Shown here: positions 26,511 to 40,211 of the stretch, piece after piece | Layout of the letters: every line of letters begins with the position of its first letter | How positions within the stretch are numbered: position 1 is the first letter of the stretch | From: Octopus vulgaris | Taxonomy: Eukaryota | Direction of reading: 5' to 3' | DNA: 64,000 bases | NCBI GenBank assembly: GCA_951406725.2 | Contig: OX597822.1 | Location: 87,482,001 to 87,546,000, forward strand | Translations under genes and position numbers: made by a program | Notes under the pieces: generated by a model | What the model was told of the DNA's origin: nothing | Databases searched by the model: none | Seen by the model: only the letters and a program-made list of their open reading frames with translations

Positions 26511-26900
26511 GGGGCACAGGTATGGCTGTGTGGTGAGAAGTTTGCTTCCCAATCATATGGCTCTGAGTTCAGTCCCACTGCGTGACACCTTGGGCAACTG
26601 TCTTCTATTGTAGCCCTGGGTCAACCGAAGCCTTGTGAGTGGATCTGGTAGATGGAAACTGAAAGCAGCCCATCTTTATATATATATGTGTGTGTTTGTC
26701 TTGGAGTTTTACTACCACCACTGCTTGACAACCAGTGTTGGCTTGTTTACATTCTTGTAACTTAGTGGCTCAACCAAAGAACTGATAGAACAGGTACCAG
26801 GCTTAAATAAACATAAGTACTGGGGTTAATTTGTTTGACTAGATCCTTCAAGGTGATGCCCCAGCATGGCCACTGTCTAATGACTGAAACACATAAAAGA
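26511..26900 (+). mobile_element. CORE-type SINE, family A
   Basis: tRNA-like head TGGCTGTGTGG / GAGTTCAGTCC, CORE ccttgggcaa, internal microsatellite, tail ccccagcatggcc...tgactgaaac. Confidence 0.85.
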
Positions 26901-27511
26901 AATTTAAATATATGAAGCCACATAGCCACCCCTGTTCATCACTCACTACATTCCCCCTCTGCTTCCATCTCTAACCATCTGGTACTCTCCCCTCACTCCA
27001 TATAACTTCCCCCCCCCCCGGTCCACTGCCAATATTATCTCTTGAAGATTTTATTCTGGCACTCCATCATCACCATCTTTTTCTCCCAGATATTCCCACC
27101 CACCCTTATATAAATGCAGGGTAGCTATGTATCTTTTCTATAGCATGACACCTCTACCTGTGCTTCACTCAGGCATAAAGCCACAACTCCAACCTCTCAA
27201 AAGTCCACCCTTCCTTCAGGCAAGAAAGCTTTCCACCCCACCCCCCTTTTTTTTTGCTAGTTACTTGGCAACCCCACAAATGTTGGTGGTAAGAAAAAAG
27301 CATTCTGTACACACTGTAAGGTGGTTGGTGTTAGGAAGGGCATCCATCTTATAAGATGGATGCCAAAGCTAACATGGAACATGATGCAGCCCTGTGATTC
27401 ACCTGATCCTGCCGAACTGTCCAACCCGAGATATTCTCGTCTCTGGTAAGTGAATGAATGAACTCTACAATATACATTGAGTATAGTCTTCCTCTTTCAT
27501 TTATACTATTT

Positions 27512-27915
27512 TACTTTTTTACTTGTTTCAGTCATTTTGACTGCGGCCATGCTGGAGCACCACCTTTAGTTGAGCAAATGGACCCCAGAACTTATTCTTT
27601 GTAAGCCCAGTACTTATTCTATCGGTCTCTTTTGCCGAACCGCTAAGTGACGGTGACATAAACACACCAGCATCGGTTGTCAAGCAATGCTAGAGGGACA
27701 AATACAGACACACAAACATATAGACACACATACATACATATATATATATACGACAGGCTTCTTTCAGTTTCCGTCTACCAAATCCACCCACAAGGCTTTG
27801 GTCGGCCCGAGGCTATAGCAGAAGACACTTGCCCAAGATGCCACGCAGTGGGACTGGACCCAGAATCATGTGGTTGGTTAGCAAGCTACTTACCACACAG
27901 ACACTCCTGCGCCTA
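27512..27915 (-). mobile_element. CORE-type SINE, family A, near full length
   Basis: Reverse complement of the 34817 copy; very similar to 42728-43133. Confidence 0.9.
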
Positions 27916-28554
27916 TTCACTCCTTATACATACAACACTACAAAGTACAGCTGGTTACTATCAAGTTTAAGTATAGAGTTATTATGAGAAAATATGTGGA
28001 TATAACAAGTTGTATATATATTACCAACTTATAGGGAAAAAAAAAATCAAGAAGGCTGAAACTAAAAGACAACAGATGATGAGAATAAGCTGTAGTTGCT
28101 ATTGTCTGCAACTCTCACACGTTCTACAAAAACATGTCTAACACACAAACGTTTAGTTATATCTGCAACAGAACAATATAGGAAACAGTTATTCTGTATA
28201 TGAATAACAAAGAACTTTCTCTCCAATCCTAAACTGCTAACATGCTATGAAGAAAATAAAAAGGAAATACACTCCATGAATTTCTTCTAGACTGTATATT
28301 TAATGAAATGTCTCACTTCATAAAATGTTTAATCAATAAGTTACGAGTTATTTCATGGTGATAATTTCTAAAAAGAATGAAAAAGTTCATACAAAGTTAC
28401 AAAACACTAGACATTTGAAGAATTTCATATGAAGTCAATGAAACAAACATGAAATATCTGAATTCTATGCATCTTTTTTTTTGCTTATGACTTCTTAATT
28501 TCAATTTCAAATTTAAAACCTTGATTCATATTATGATGAAATGATTATCTCCTT

Positions 28555-29011
28555 GGATCTTTTCCTTTTGAATGGCACTCAATTTCTAGTTAACTAAACA
28601 CTTTAAAACTTTGTATACTGGTAGAATGTGTCAAAATATACGTACGGGAAGCGTGTGTATAAAATTATAGAATTATTTTGTTTGTTAATTGTTTAAATTA
28701 TTTTCCATTGCTTTCATTTTTTTTACACGCGTAACAAATTAATTTAACAATTAAGAAAAAAAAATTTAGGGTTAGTGACAGGATGTTGTCTCAGTTTTAG
28801 ACGCAGCAAATGATTTTAGCTCAATTAGAGGCGATTCACTGGTTAAAATTTGAAAAATTAAACTACATTAAACAAACGAATTACAATTTTATCAAGAAAG
28901 CCAAGAGAAAAAAATGTTTTATTTTGACACATTCTACCAGTATACGAAGTTTTAAAGTGGTTAGTTAACTAGTAATTGCGTTGACATGTGCTGTTCAAAA
29001 GGAAAAGATCC
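28555..29011. mobile_element. MITE with long TIRs and 8-bp TSD (Merlin-like)
   Basis: GGATCTTTTCCTTTTGAA...TTCAAAAGGAAAAGATCC, imperfect TIRs of about 85-90 bp; ATCTCCTT at 28547-28554 and 29012-29019. Confidence 0.9.
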
Positions 29012-29461
29012 ATCTCCTTTGTAACCATTAAGGGGATCACGCACGTTAAAACAATACTCTTTCCTCAAAACTGTCTATCTATGTCAAACCAAAAATGAAA
29101 ATAAAAACAGGACTCCACAAAAAAACACAACAAGAATACATATAACTCACAACACAGGCATCACTAAGAGCTATACCATGTTCAAATTGTATGATGGGCT
29201 ACCAACTAATTCCAGTGGATCTTACAGAGACCAAATCAATCTGTGCTGCTGTCATAACAACACTCAATGAGCAGCAGACTAAGAATATGGATGTATGGGA
29301 TATCTCAGTTGCAAGCCTGCTGAGCTAAGACATTGAGTGATTCAAAAGATTGCATCACAGTTATATGGTTCCAGGTTCAATCCCATTGTGTGTCACCTTG
29401 GACAACTATCTTATACTGTAGACTTGCGCTGATCAATACTGAGACTGTGCAGAAGCAAAAG

Positions 29462-29474
29462 CTCTCTCTCTCTC

Positions 29475-29544
<70 letters not shown>

Positions 29545-29823
29545 TACACACACATACACATACACATACATACATACATATACATACATACATATACATA
29601 CATACATATACATACATATACATACATACATATACATACATATACATACATATACATACATACACATACACACACACACACACATACACACACACATACA
29701 CACATACATACATATATATACACACACACATACATATACATACATACACATACACACATACATACACACACACACATACACACATATACATACACACATA
29801 CATACACACATACATACACACAC

Positions 29824-29904
<81 letters not shown>

Positions 29905-29990
29905 TACACATACACACATATACACACACATACATAAATACACACATACATACACACACACACACACACACATAAACACACACACAAAAC
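29462..29990. repeat. (CT)(TA)(CA/CATA) compound microsatellite inside a SINE
   Basis: Direct inspection. Confidence 0.95.
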
Positions 29991-30533
29991 ATAATACTGT
30001 TTGGAGATACACATGCAACATGCACACTATACCTTCAAATGTGTATGCTGCTTGTGTGTGTGTTCATGCTCATGTCTATGTTTAAAAATTGACACCATTT
30101 TCGTTGTGATCCATTATGTCCTATAACTTAGTGATTCAAGAAACAGATTGATAAAATAAACCACATAATGAAATGAGTACTGTAATTGATAAGATTTCCT
30201 AAAACACTTCAAGGCAGAGCCCCAGCATGGTCATAGTCCAAGACTAGAACCAATAAAAGATGTACTGCCATTATGCCACAGAAATGTTGAAACGGATCAG
30301 ACCAACCAGTTCCAACTAAAACAATTTTTTTAATCCTCTGTCTTTCTCCAATAAATGGTCCTTTTCCTGACAACACACATCACTTTCTACTTGTTACTCA
30401 GCAGAATATAACTAGCTTTTTCCAGTATTAGAAGTGATAGGAGAAAGTTTTCCAGCATCCTATTTTCTCTGACACCTGAATTTTTCTTTGCTTCAAGCTG
30501 TTGATTTGAAATGTCAAGTAAAACATAACTTAC

Positions 30534-30725
30534 CTGGCAAGTTTGTAGGATAGACTTGAGAAGATCGAGTTTTTGATGACGCATGTGGCTTTTCTGAAGA
30601 ATTGAGATGCCTCTGTCGAGGGGAAGGACTTTGGTTAATTTTTACATTATAGGTTTCTTCAGTCACGGTTGCAGGTATAGCATCTTTAATGGTATTTGTC
30701 CTGATATTTTCATCTGTTTCCACTA
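30534..30725 (-). CDS. SPTBN5: Beta-heavy spectrin C-terminal tail exon
   Basis: 192 nt, phase 1/1, CAGTAG tandem acceptor, gtaagt donor; VETDENIRTNTIKDAIPATVTEETYNVKINQSPSPRQRHLNSSEKPHASSKTRSSQVYPTNLP. Confidence 0.78.
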
Positions 30726-33424
30726 CTGTTAGTAACAATGCATACATTTATATTAAAATAAAATAAAAACTGAAACAAACATACTGAATATTAAATGTCT
30801 GAAAATTCCTTCATTTTTAGAAGGGATAATATTTACTCAAATATAAAGAGAGAGAATTTTGCAGTCTGAGATTAATATATCATATTTTAACTTGACATAT
30901 TGTTTTTAATTTTGGTATTATAATCTTGCAAGAAATTAATTTCTATTTGTGAAGTTGCCTTTGAAGAGAATCAGGTTGATGTATTATAAAAGAAATAAAA
31001 ATGAATATTTGTAAGTAGAAGTATTAATCTGTTTGAGAGTGATGGCAAAAAAATTTGCATCTTATCACAAGTACAGCATCAAAGAGGCAAGTATACACAA
31101 CAACCCCTATCTGAACTGGCTGTTGTGCTCCACAGAGTGGACAATAAGCTATTTAAAAGCTGAATCCATAACACAGTAAACAGTACTAACCTCTCACTGA
31201 AAAATGTGATTATGGAAACAGTTAAGGAAGTCACAAATGGACTCGAGATAAATATGAGAAGAAATGTCTAGTTTTGAATTTTGTCAAGAAGATAATGAAA
31301 TTTTTTTTTTTCAACCTGGAAGGAGGCAGATTCAATTTGAGGAAACTAGAATAACATAAAAATATTTCAACAATATTACATGGTAAAAGTATAATACGAT
31401 TTCACATATATTAACTAAAGAATATTCAAAACTAAATAAACCTTACAAAAAACCATTTATCTAAATTAAGAATCCCGTCATGGTTGTACAATGTAAATAC
31501 AACTAAAAAGTGTTGTATATCAATGTATTCTTCAATAAACTTCAAAAAGGCAAAAACATAAGTGACAGACTTGTGATAAGATACAAAAGTTTCAGATTAA
31601 CCCTCAAATCTTAGTCAAATTTAAGTCCTTCTGATAAAATAAGAAAATATAAAAAATAAATGAATTATAAGAAAATGCAACTTATATTAAGAAAGTTTAA
31701 TAAAAATACAATGATTATACATAAAAATAATCATTGTTGCTATCAAGTTATAATTTATTAGAAGTTGCTTTATATTTTAAAAATTCATAAAAAGTTTTAT
31801 CAAGTTAAAACTGACATTAACAATTTCATATTAAACTAAAGTAAATTAAATAATTTTGATACTGATTCCATGACATTTTTTTGATAATGCGGAGTAAAAA
31901 TTGTTAGTGGTAAAAGTGCAGCAAAACTAAACTAATTGATATTCAAAAGAAATATAAAAGAAAAAGCAAAATTTGAAGCCATATTTAATTCAGGGTACTT
32001 CAGCTTATTCAGGGTACTTCAGCTGATTGGTAAGCATGTTCAGGATTTTTAGGTAATTGCATATAAGCTTAGTTTTTGTTGAGAACACTATTGTTTTATT
32101 CCTTGGATCTAGTTTTATCAATTAGATCATAGTTAAATTTAAACTTGAACTATGAACTTCCTGTATTTAGAAATAAACAAACAATTGAATGAAAGTGCAA
32201 GACTGTTAATTTGAAATTCTTTTTGATGTTCAACAATGGGTGTTATGTTGAAACTTTTACAAGAGTAAACATTTATAACCATTCAAGAAAAATACACAAA
32301 TGAATTTCAAGGGTCATACACACACAATCCGACTGCAAATATTTCATATACTGTTAAACATTTAACAATAGAAAAAAAAATACTGTGGATTAAATCAAAA
32401 TATGGAAGTTGGAGACAGGCAGAATGGATTATGAACATTATTATTTGACAATAATAAAGACAAACTAAATGTGTACATAGGCGGGTTCTAGACGAACTTG
32501 ATAAACATAATTGACATATATGGTGAAGAATGTAACATATCAGTAAGTTGCCCTTCATCTGTTTGTGAGGGTAAAAAGTGATGCTATATTTTTAGCAAAT
32601 ATTGGCCTCCACAAAGTACTAACACCATTTTATCTCTTTTCTATCATCTCAGATGAAAAGTAAAGTTTTGAAACATTAGATCTTTCACTTCTGATAACAA
32701 CTGAATTTATAATTCTTCTAGAACTCTACACTGCACAAATTATTACCTACACAGAATTTCTTCAGATTTTGACTTTATATTTATGAAGATATTGATCTGA
32801 TACACTGAAGAAGAAACATTGCTGCTTTTTCAGTCATGCATAACCATATTTTCTATTCTTTTACAATCTCACATTTACAAAATTTATTTGCACAAACAAA
32901 TTGTTTACTGGTAGTTGTTTAGTCCAGCACAGCCTTGGTTAAGCAAACCATTCCAGCCATGACAATCCGACCTTTCTCTTGTATTCAGAGAGCCCAGGTG
33001 TACATTATTCAATGTTTTTGTTTAAGATGATATGGTGAGATTTGAGAAAGATTTGGCAGCTATCTCTAGCAGGGGGAGCAAGTTTCTCCCTTGTTGGCTT
33101 GATTGTTTACTGGTATCCAACGTTTGTGTACAAAAGCCTGCTATAAATATCAACATAAAGAAATCTAATCATACAAGAAATAAAGTTGATTATCAAATAT
33201 CCTCCCAATATTTAGAAGCTGGAAAGAACACTGTACATGGGTTCCAAAAGAAGCAGTAAAATTTGGTCAGTGAATGTGCAATGATAGCAAAAGTAGAAAG
33301 AAAATAGCATGAAATTGTTTATGATCAAGTGAAGGTGAATACTGAAAGTATCTGCTGATGTTGGTGATGAAGAAGAAAGTCATCAGTGATAAAAGTAGCT
33401 GTTAAGTGAAGTGAAATTATTTAA

Positions 33425-33614
33425 CCCTTTTGTTACCAACACAGCTGAAACTGGCTCTCATAAGTTTTGAATTAAAATCTTCCACCAAACCTGAGTCACA
33501 ATTTATGTTCCAAACACTAGCTTCATGATAGTTATTTTACTAAATTCTTTTGTTATATTTAAAATAATTGAAAGAAACATGGAGCATCTCAAAATAAATA
33601 CGGTAACAAAAGGG
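33425..33614. mobile_element. piggyBac-type MITE
   Basis: TTAA|CCCTTTTGTTACC...GGTAACAAAAGGG|TTAA, perfect 13-bp TIR. Confidence 0.9.
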
Positions 33615-33919
33615 TTAAGAAGCTAAAAAAAATTAAGTGAAGAGTGGTGAAAGGAAATCAAGTTCAAATTGAACCAGGTCAAGTTTGAAATATATCAAAA
33701 AAAAATTAACAGAGCCAAAGAGAAACAAAACTGCCAAAAGATTTCTTTTTTAAAACACACACAAATATGCAAAGCATGATTAAGGATAAACATGTTGAAT
33801 AAAAAAGTGTGTTAATCATATAAAAACCCCAAAAGAGTGAAATATATAAACATTCAGTCTCTAAGGTACCATACACACACATAGACATCTGTGTGTGGTG
33901 TAAAATATATATTGTTTAA

Positions 33920-34066
33920 CCCTTTTGATACCAACCCACCTGAAACCACCTCTGGAGCTGTAGTACAAATGTCTTGTTTTCAAGAGTTCTGAATTAAAAT
34001 CTTTGTTATATTTAAAATTAATTGAAAGAAACAGAACATCTCAACAGAAATATGGCAACAAAAGGA
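33920..34066. mobile_element. piggyBac-type MITE, second diverged copy
   Basis: TTAA|CCCTTTTGATACC...GGCAACAAAAGGA|TTAA; internal similarity to 33425-33614. Confidence 0.8.
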
Positions 34067-34816
34067 TTAAAGAATGATCCCAGTCATTATTATATTGTTG
34101 TTGTTTTTTTAAATTTTTTTTTTGAGTAGAAAAAATAGAGAATTGAAGAAACTAATTGATAACAGGGAATAAAGTGTCTAATAAACTATTCTACTTTCCC
34201 TTGTGTGTAGCAAAATATTGCAATTTATTAAAATCAGATGTATCAGTAATCTCCTCGACAATCAATAAAAGAAGTGGCAAATTATACAATTTTCATGTTC
34301 AAATACAAAACTTCCATATTTGATTTACAAATAAGAAACTTGGAGTTCCTTATTTACTTTAGCCAAAAACATTTTAAAAGTTTTAAATGACGTTGCTCTA
34401 TTGTTATACAACAATTAATGTAGTAATTTTTAAATGAAATAGGACATATACAGTTAGTAAGCTCCAGATCAACTCTTATCAAGTAAAGCAATGATCAAAA
34501 GGTATTCTACACATATCTATTCTGTGGGTGCTTTTTATTCTTGTATCAGGAACAACACTGTCCAGTATGTTCTGTTTTATGAACAGGATTTGATGTAAGG
34601 GAGCAAAACCATACAAAGACTCACCCCTTTGGAGCAAGATGAAATGAGGCCATGTAAATCTTAAGTACACAACTTGCACTGGATTTGAACTTAAAATCAA
34701 ATGGCTGGCAGGCAGATAATATGGTTACTCAGTTATGTGACTTCTACGGCATTCAAGAAAATTACATTATATTGAGATTTCAGTTACTATAACATTATAT
34801 ATAACAAATGTTTATT

Positions 34817-35347
<531 letters not shown>

Positions 35348-35469
35348 ATGAAACAGCAGTAACTTGGAGAAATAGCTTATTGTCCTTCTAAATTACAAAA
35401 TTTTAGTTAATTGATAAGAACAGTACACATATAACTTTAGGAATTCAAAATACAGATCGTTATCCTTCA

Positions 35470-35838
35470 TCTTTTACTTGTTTCAGTCATGCTGGGGCAC
35501 CATCTTGAAGGGTTTTAGTCAAACAAATAAGTCCCCAGGACATATTTTTTAAGCCTAGTATTTATTCCATTGGTCTCTTTGGCCAAACCACTAAGTTATG
35601 GGAATGTAAATGCACCAGTTGTCAAGTGGTGATGAGGTAGAAACATGGACACAAAGACACACATAAACATAGAAATACAATGGGCTTCTTTCAGTTTCCA
35701 TCTACCAGATTCACTCACAAGGTTTGGTTGGCCCGAGGATATAGTAAAAGGCACTTGCCTAAAGTACCATGCAGTGGGACTGAGCCCTGAACCATGTGGT
35801 TGAGAAGCAAGCTTCTTAACACAGTCATGCCTGCACCT
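35470..35838 (-). mobile_element. CORE-type SINE, family A
   Basis: Antisense copy tail-to-tail with 34817-35347. Confidence 0.85.
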
Positions 35839-36443
35839 AAGTCAGACAATTTTTTCCAAATAACATTTTCCTTAAATGAAATCAACGAAATGTGAAATTA
35901 AATATGTACTCAAATGACAATTTGAAAGCTTGCTCTAAGTTTTTAACTTGTAATAACTAACATTATCTTCCAACATACAATGACACAAGCAAACCTATGA
36001 CTCAATTTTGGTTACTGGTCACAGATGATTCACTTCATGTACATAACGAATGATCTCAGTACAAACAACATTAGATTCTATTTACCAACAATCTATCTGA
36101 GAGCTTATTTAAAATCAATTCTAGAGAAATGGTCATCCATCAATAAAAGGGAGAGAGAGAGAACTTAGGGAAATAAACAGCAAAAAGGCTTTGGAATAAA
36201 CAGCAGAATACTAAGCAATAAGATGGATGTAAGAGGGTAAAAGTATTTCAAGTTAATATTAAATCACAAGCAAATTCTCAAAACTTTTACAACAAAATCA
36301 AAAAAGAAAGTAGACAGTTGGTGCATATGTTATTTAGAGTGAGAAAATCTGCAGAAAAATCCAAGCCAGAAAGTAAAACAAAAATTTCATTAAAAAAAAT
36401 AAAAGCCTTTTAAAAAAGCCCCAGTATTTGACAAAGATTTCAC

Positions 36444-36557
36444 CTCCTCTTGTTTGATGTGTTGGTGATGAATTTGCAGACTGCTGGGAAGAATCCCAGC
36501 AATCATCAATGTCCATGTCAAGATCTAAATCCATGTTCACATCTTCACTGCTCTCAG
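36444..36557 (-). CDS. SPTBN5: Beta-heavy spectrin C-terminal tail exon
   Basis: 114 nt, phase 1/1, tttgcag acceptor; ESSEDVNMDLDLDMDIDDCWDSSQQSANSSPTHQTRG. Confidence 0.8.
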
Positions 36558-39294
36558 CTGCAAACAACAGTAATTTAAGGAGAAACAAGATATTAACAAT
36601 GGTCCTCTGTAAATAAGGCTGGACAACGGGTCTGTAGCGGCTTCACTGAAATGTTCTATTGGTGAATGGGTAGAAAATTTTCAGTTCCTTGTCAAATAGA
36701 AACTTTTTTTTTCTTTTGGCTTTTAAAGGGTTTGTTAAATATTATGATCATGATTTTCAGGTAAGAATCTAAATCTAATGCATATTTACAAAAGAAAAAA
36801 AAATACTGTCAGTTGAAATCAACCTGTTTTTGGGAATTCAAATATAAACATCATCTGAATTGAAATTAAATGAAAAACTACTGAATGTGTATTTTAAATA
36901 TATATATAAGCTTTGTCATCACCATCATTGTTTAATGCCCATGTTCCTTACTGGCATGGATTGGATGGTCTGACACGATTCAAGTGGTCCGAAGACTTTA
37001 TTGCACTCTATTGTTTGGTTTGGTATGGCTTCTGCTGCTGGATACCCCCTCCCTCCTTTCCTAAAACCAACACTTTTCAGTGTGCACTGAGTGTTCTTTT
37101 AGTGGTACCAGCACTAGTGAGGTCATTATGCAGACTGCAAAACTAAGATTCCTTTCAACTGAGTGGTGTTGTAAGTAGCAATGGAGACAGCTTTATGGCA
37201 TGGGATGGGATGAGGGGTTAAAATAAGAGAGAAGGGGCCAGAATTGCTGTAGAGGTCGATAATGTAACACTTTGTTACATTACAGACCAGAGGGTAGGAG
37301 TGGTTGGAGTAGAACTGGAGCGAGATAAAAAATAATGGTGAGGTGTCAGGGTGGATATGAGGTGAGAAGTGAGTGGCAATAAGAGACCAGAAAGTGAGTA
37401 TGGGTAGAGGTTACAAAAGTGTATGGGAAAATGAGAGAGAATGGGTCAGAGGTGAATATAATGATGAACAAGTATTGTGGGGCAATAAGTAGGTGAGATA
37501 GAGAAAAGTAGGTGAAAACTGTGGAAATTGGGTAGGATTGAGGTGGGCAGGGTGACAAATAATAAAGAGGTAGAGGAGAGTAGATGACAGAAAAGGTATA
37601 GAAGAAATGAAATAATAATTACTTCTATTATAGCACAGAAAGCCTGAATGAAGATATTCTTACATTGACCAGTGTTTAACTGATACCACCTTTTGATCAA
37701 TAATCATAATCATCATTTAATAACCACCTTATTAATCATAATCATCATTTAATGTCCGTTTTCCATGCTAGCATGGGTTGGACGGTTCGACCGGGGTCTG
37801 GGAAGCCAGGAGGCTGCACCATGCTCCAGTCTGATCTGGCAGTGTTTCTACAGCTGGATGCCCTTCCTAACGCCAACCATTCCATGAGTGTAGTGGGTGT
37901 TTTTTATGTGCCACTGGCACAGGGGCCAGAGGAGGCTGGCAACAGCCACGTTCGGACAGTGCTTTTTATGTGCCACTGGCACGGGTATCACAACTACAAT
38001 TTCCATTTGATTTTCATTTTCATGTTGATGTGCTTGACTCAATAGGTGTCCTCAAGCACAGTTGGTAGCCCTACGATCCAAGGTACTTTTGAGTGGGCTG
38101 GGGCTGGTTATGCGAAACTGGTGTAGGTTACAGATGTGAACTCACTTTATTTGCCAGGTCTTCACAGTCACAGTATATCTCCAGAGGTCTCAGCCCTTTT
38201 CAAAGTTATTTACTTTGAATTATTATCTCATATCTGATTAGCCTGTTATTACGTAGCATGCTTCATGATTTTAGTATACATACCTTACTAGTATTTCCTA
38301 TGTTCTATATACTCTGGGAACACATTAAAACCCTTTCCAGGGCTACTTTATTTGAATTCTTACTATCGGGTAACTAATTTCATGTTATTACATAACTGAC
38401 TTCACAATTTGGATATTCATAACTTATTGGGAATTCCTAAAAACAAGATTCTGTTTAAGACCATTCAGTATTCTCTGTAAATGCACAAAAACTGTTTTAA
38501 GCATTACATACTTTGTATTGTTGTTATTGGATTAGCGAAACAATTATGAGAATGGAACCAAGGGATAAGCCCAGCTTTCCCAAGAATTACTGGGTGCGTC
38601 AGCTAGTTTCATACTATTTCTGAAGAGGTTAATAAATTAGACATGTCTTAGTTCATCTAGTTGATAGTAATAGGTATTACATCTTCTGGAAATATTAGCT
38701 GCAATATATATATATATATATATATATAATATCCTTGAGGATAATCATCTCATTTGCTCTGATTCTATGAATCCTTTCACTATCTACATTTAATAAAAAT
38801 AAATCCAGGGGTACATTCCAGTTTTATAAACTACTAATGCCTCTAAAAGACCTGATTTTTCTTTACAATTTCCTCCATGAATTTTCAATGAAAGGTACAT
38901 AGAAATAAAATAAATCAGTGTAGCCTTTGTAAACTATTTTATTAAAGTCATACCCCAAACCATCAATATACTACAGTATTTCTTTTATATTTTATTAGGA
39001 TTTGAGACATAGAAGAGTTATTCTTAAATTAGATAAGTTCTATAAATCCTACATACATTGCCTGCCATTGTATAAGATTTCTGAGGTATCATCTGTATTT
39101 AAATTAATCAAGAGCATTTTGAAGAATGAAAGAAAAAAAAAAGTTGCCAAGTCTTACATTTGGTTTTACAGTAACTACATAAAGAATGGAAAGAGAGGGA
39201 AAAAGCATCTATAAATTTCTTAAATATGTTAACAAATGCAAAATTAATATTCCTTTCTCTCAAAAGAACTTCATGGCATAAAACAAATACTTAC

Positions 39295-39483
39295 TGGCCC
39301 AATAACAAAGCTTCTCCTGCCAGTTTGACATTTCTTTTTGACTGCCAGCATCTAGCAAAAATTCAGCACCATCTTTGAGTCGTAATCGCAGAACATTTTC
39401 TCGCTTTGTATAATCTGTCGCTTCTTCACAAATTGCTTTGTTGATATTCAGGCTATGTGCAGCAGGTATTTTATCTTCTAATG
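39295..39483 (-). CDS. SPTBN5: Beta-heavy spectrin exon, second half of PH domain
   Basis: 189 nt, phase 1/1, gtaagt donor; LEDKIPAAHSLNINKAICEEATDYTKRENVLRLRLKDGAEFLLDAGSQKEMSNWQEKLCYWA. Confidence 0.95.
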
Positions 39484-39762
39484 CTGTGGAGGGGAAAGAG
39501 AAAAAAACTTTTATACCTCAGTCTGAAAATACCAAAATTTGAATTTTCATTATCAATAACAAAACTTGCAATCAAACTCAAAAGTTTAAAACTTCTAATC
39601 TAAAAATTATTGAAATTTATGTTTGATATAAAAATTCTTAGAATTTACCAAGAAAATAATTTAATGAATCTTTTGCAAAGAAAGATATAACTAAAAATGG
39701 GGTTTCAAATAAAATATTGCATGACTTTGAATTTGAAATAAAAATTCAGATATCTTCCATAC

Positions 39763-40211
39763 CATCTTTATCTTTAAAAAAACACAAAACTTTTCCACAT
39801 AATGCAGTATAAAATGTTTTCCAAGAGCGAAGAGCTGCTTTTTTGCCTCCAGCCTGTAGTTCATGCTTTCTTTCAAGAAAGCCTTCAATTTCTGGAAAAT
39901 GTAGGTTATCTGGAAGGTGATATTTTTCTTTAAAGCTGTGAGTTTTACGTCGAAAACTTAGGTTAGCGGTTCTCCTAATTCTATTTGAGTCCTCAGTTTT
40001 GTCCTTTTTATTAAGAAGTGAAGACATTGGTGGGGTTTCGATATGAGTGTGTTCCTCGCTCTGGGTAGAAGGTTGTTGAGTAAAGCTTCCAGAGCGCTGC
40101 AGAGTCGTCATGGGTTTATTGGATTTCTCTCTCATTGAACGACGCAGTAAATTCTGTACCATTTTGTGACCCTCAGATGCTTGCAATGAATCAGGTTCGA
40201 AGGAACTCGTT
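39763..40211 (-). CDS. SPTBN5: Beta-heavy spectrin exon, linker and first half of PH domain
   Basis: 449 nt, phase 2/1; ends EIEGFLERKHELQAGGKKAALRSWKTFYTALCGKVLCFFKDKD, the beta-H/karst-type PH start rather than the conventional beta-spectrin RKHEWE type. Confidence 0.95.

Noticed and set aside
33340-33400. Possible extra tail exon beside the piggyBac MITE
   Set aside because: Weak donor, and its exit phase is incompatible with the next exon
38565-38610. Helitron-like 3' end (hairpin then CTAG-T)
   Set aside because: No matching 5' terminus or second copy recognised
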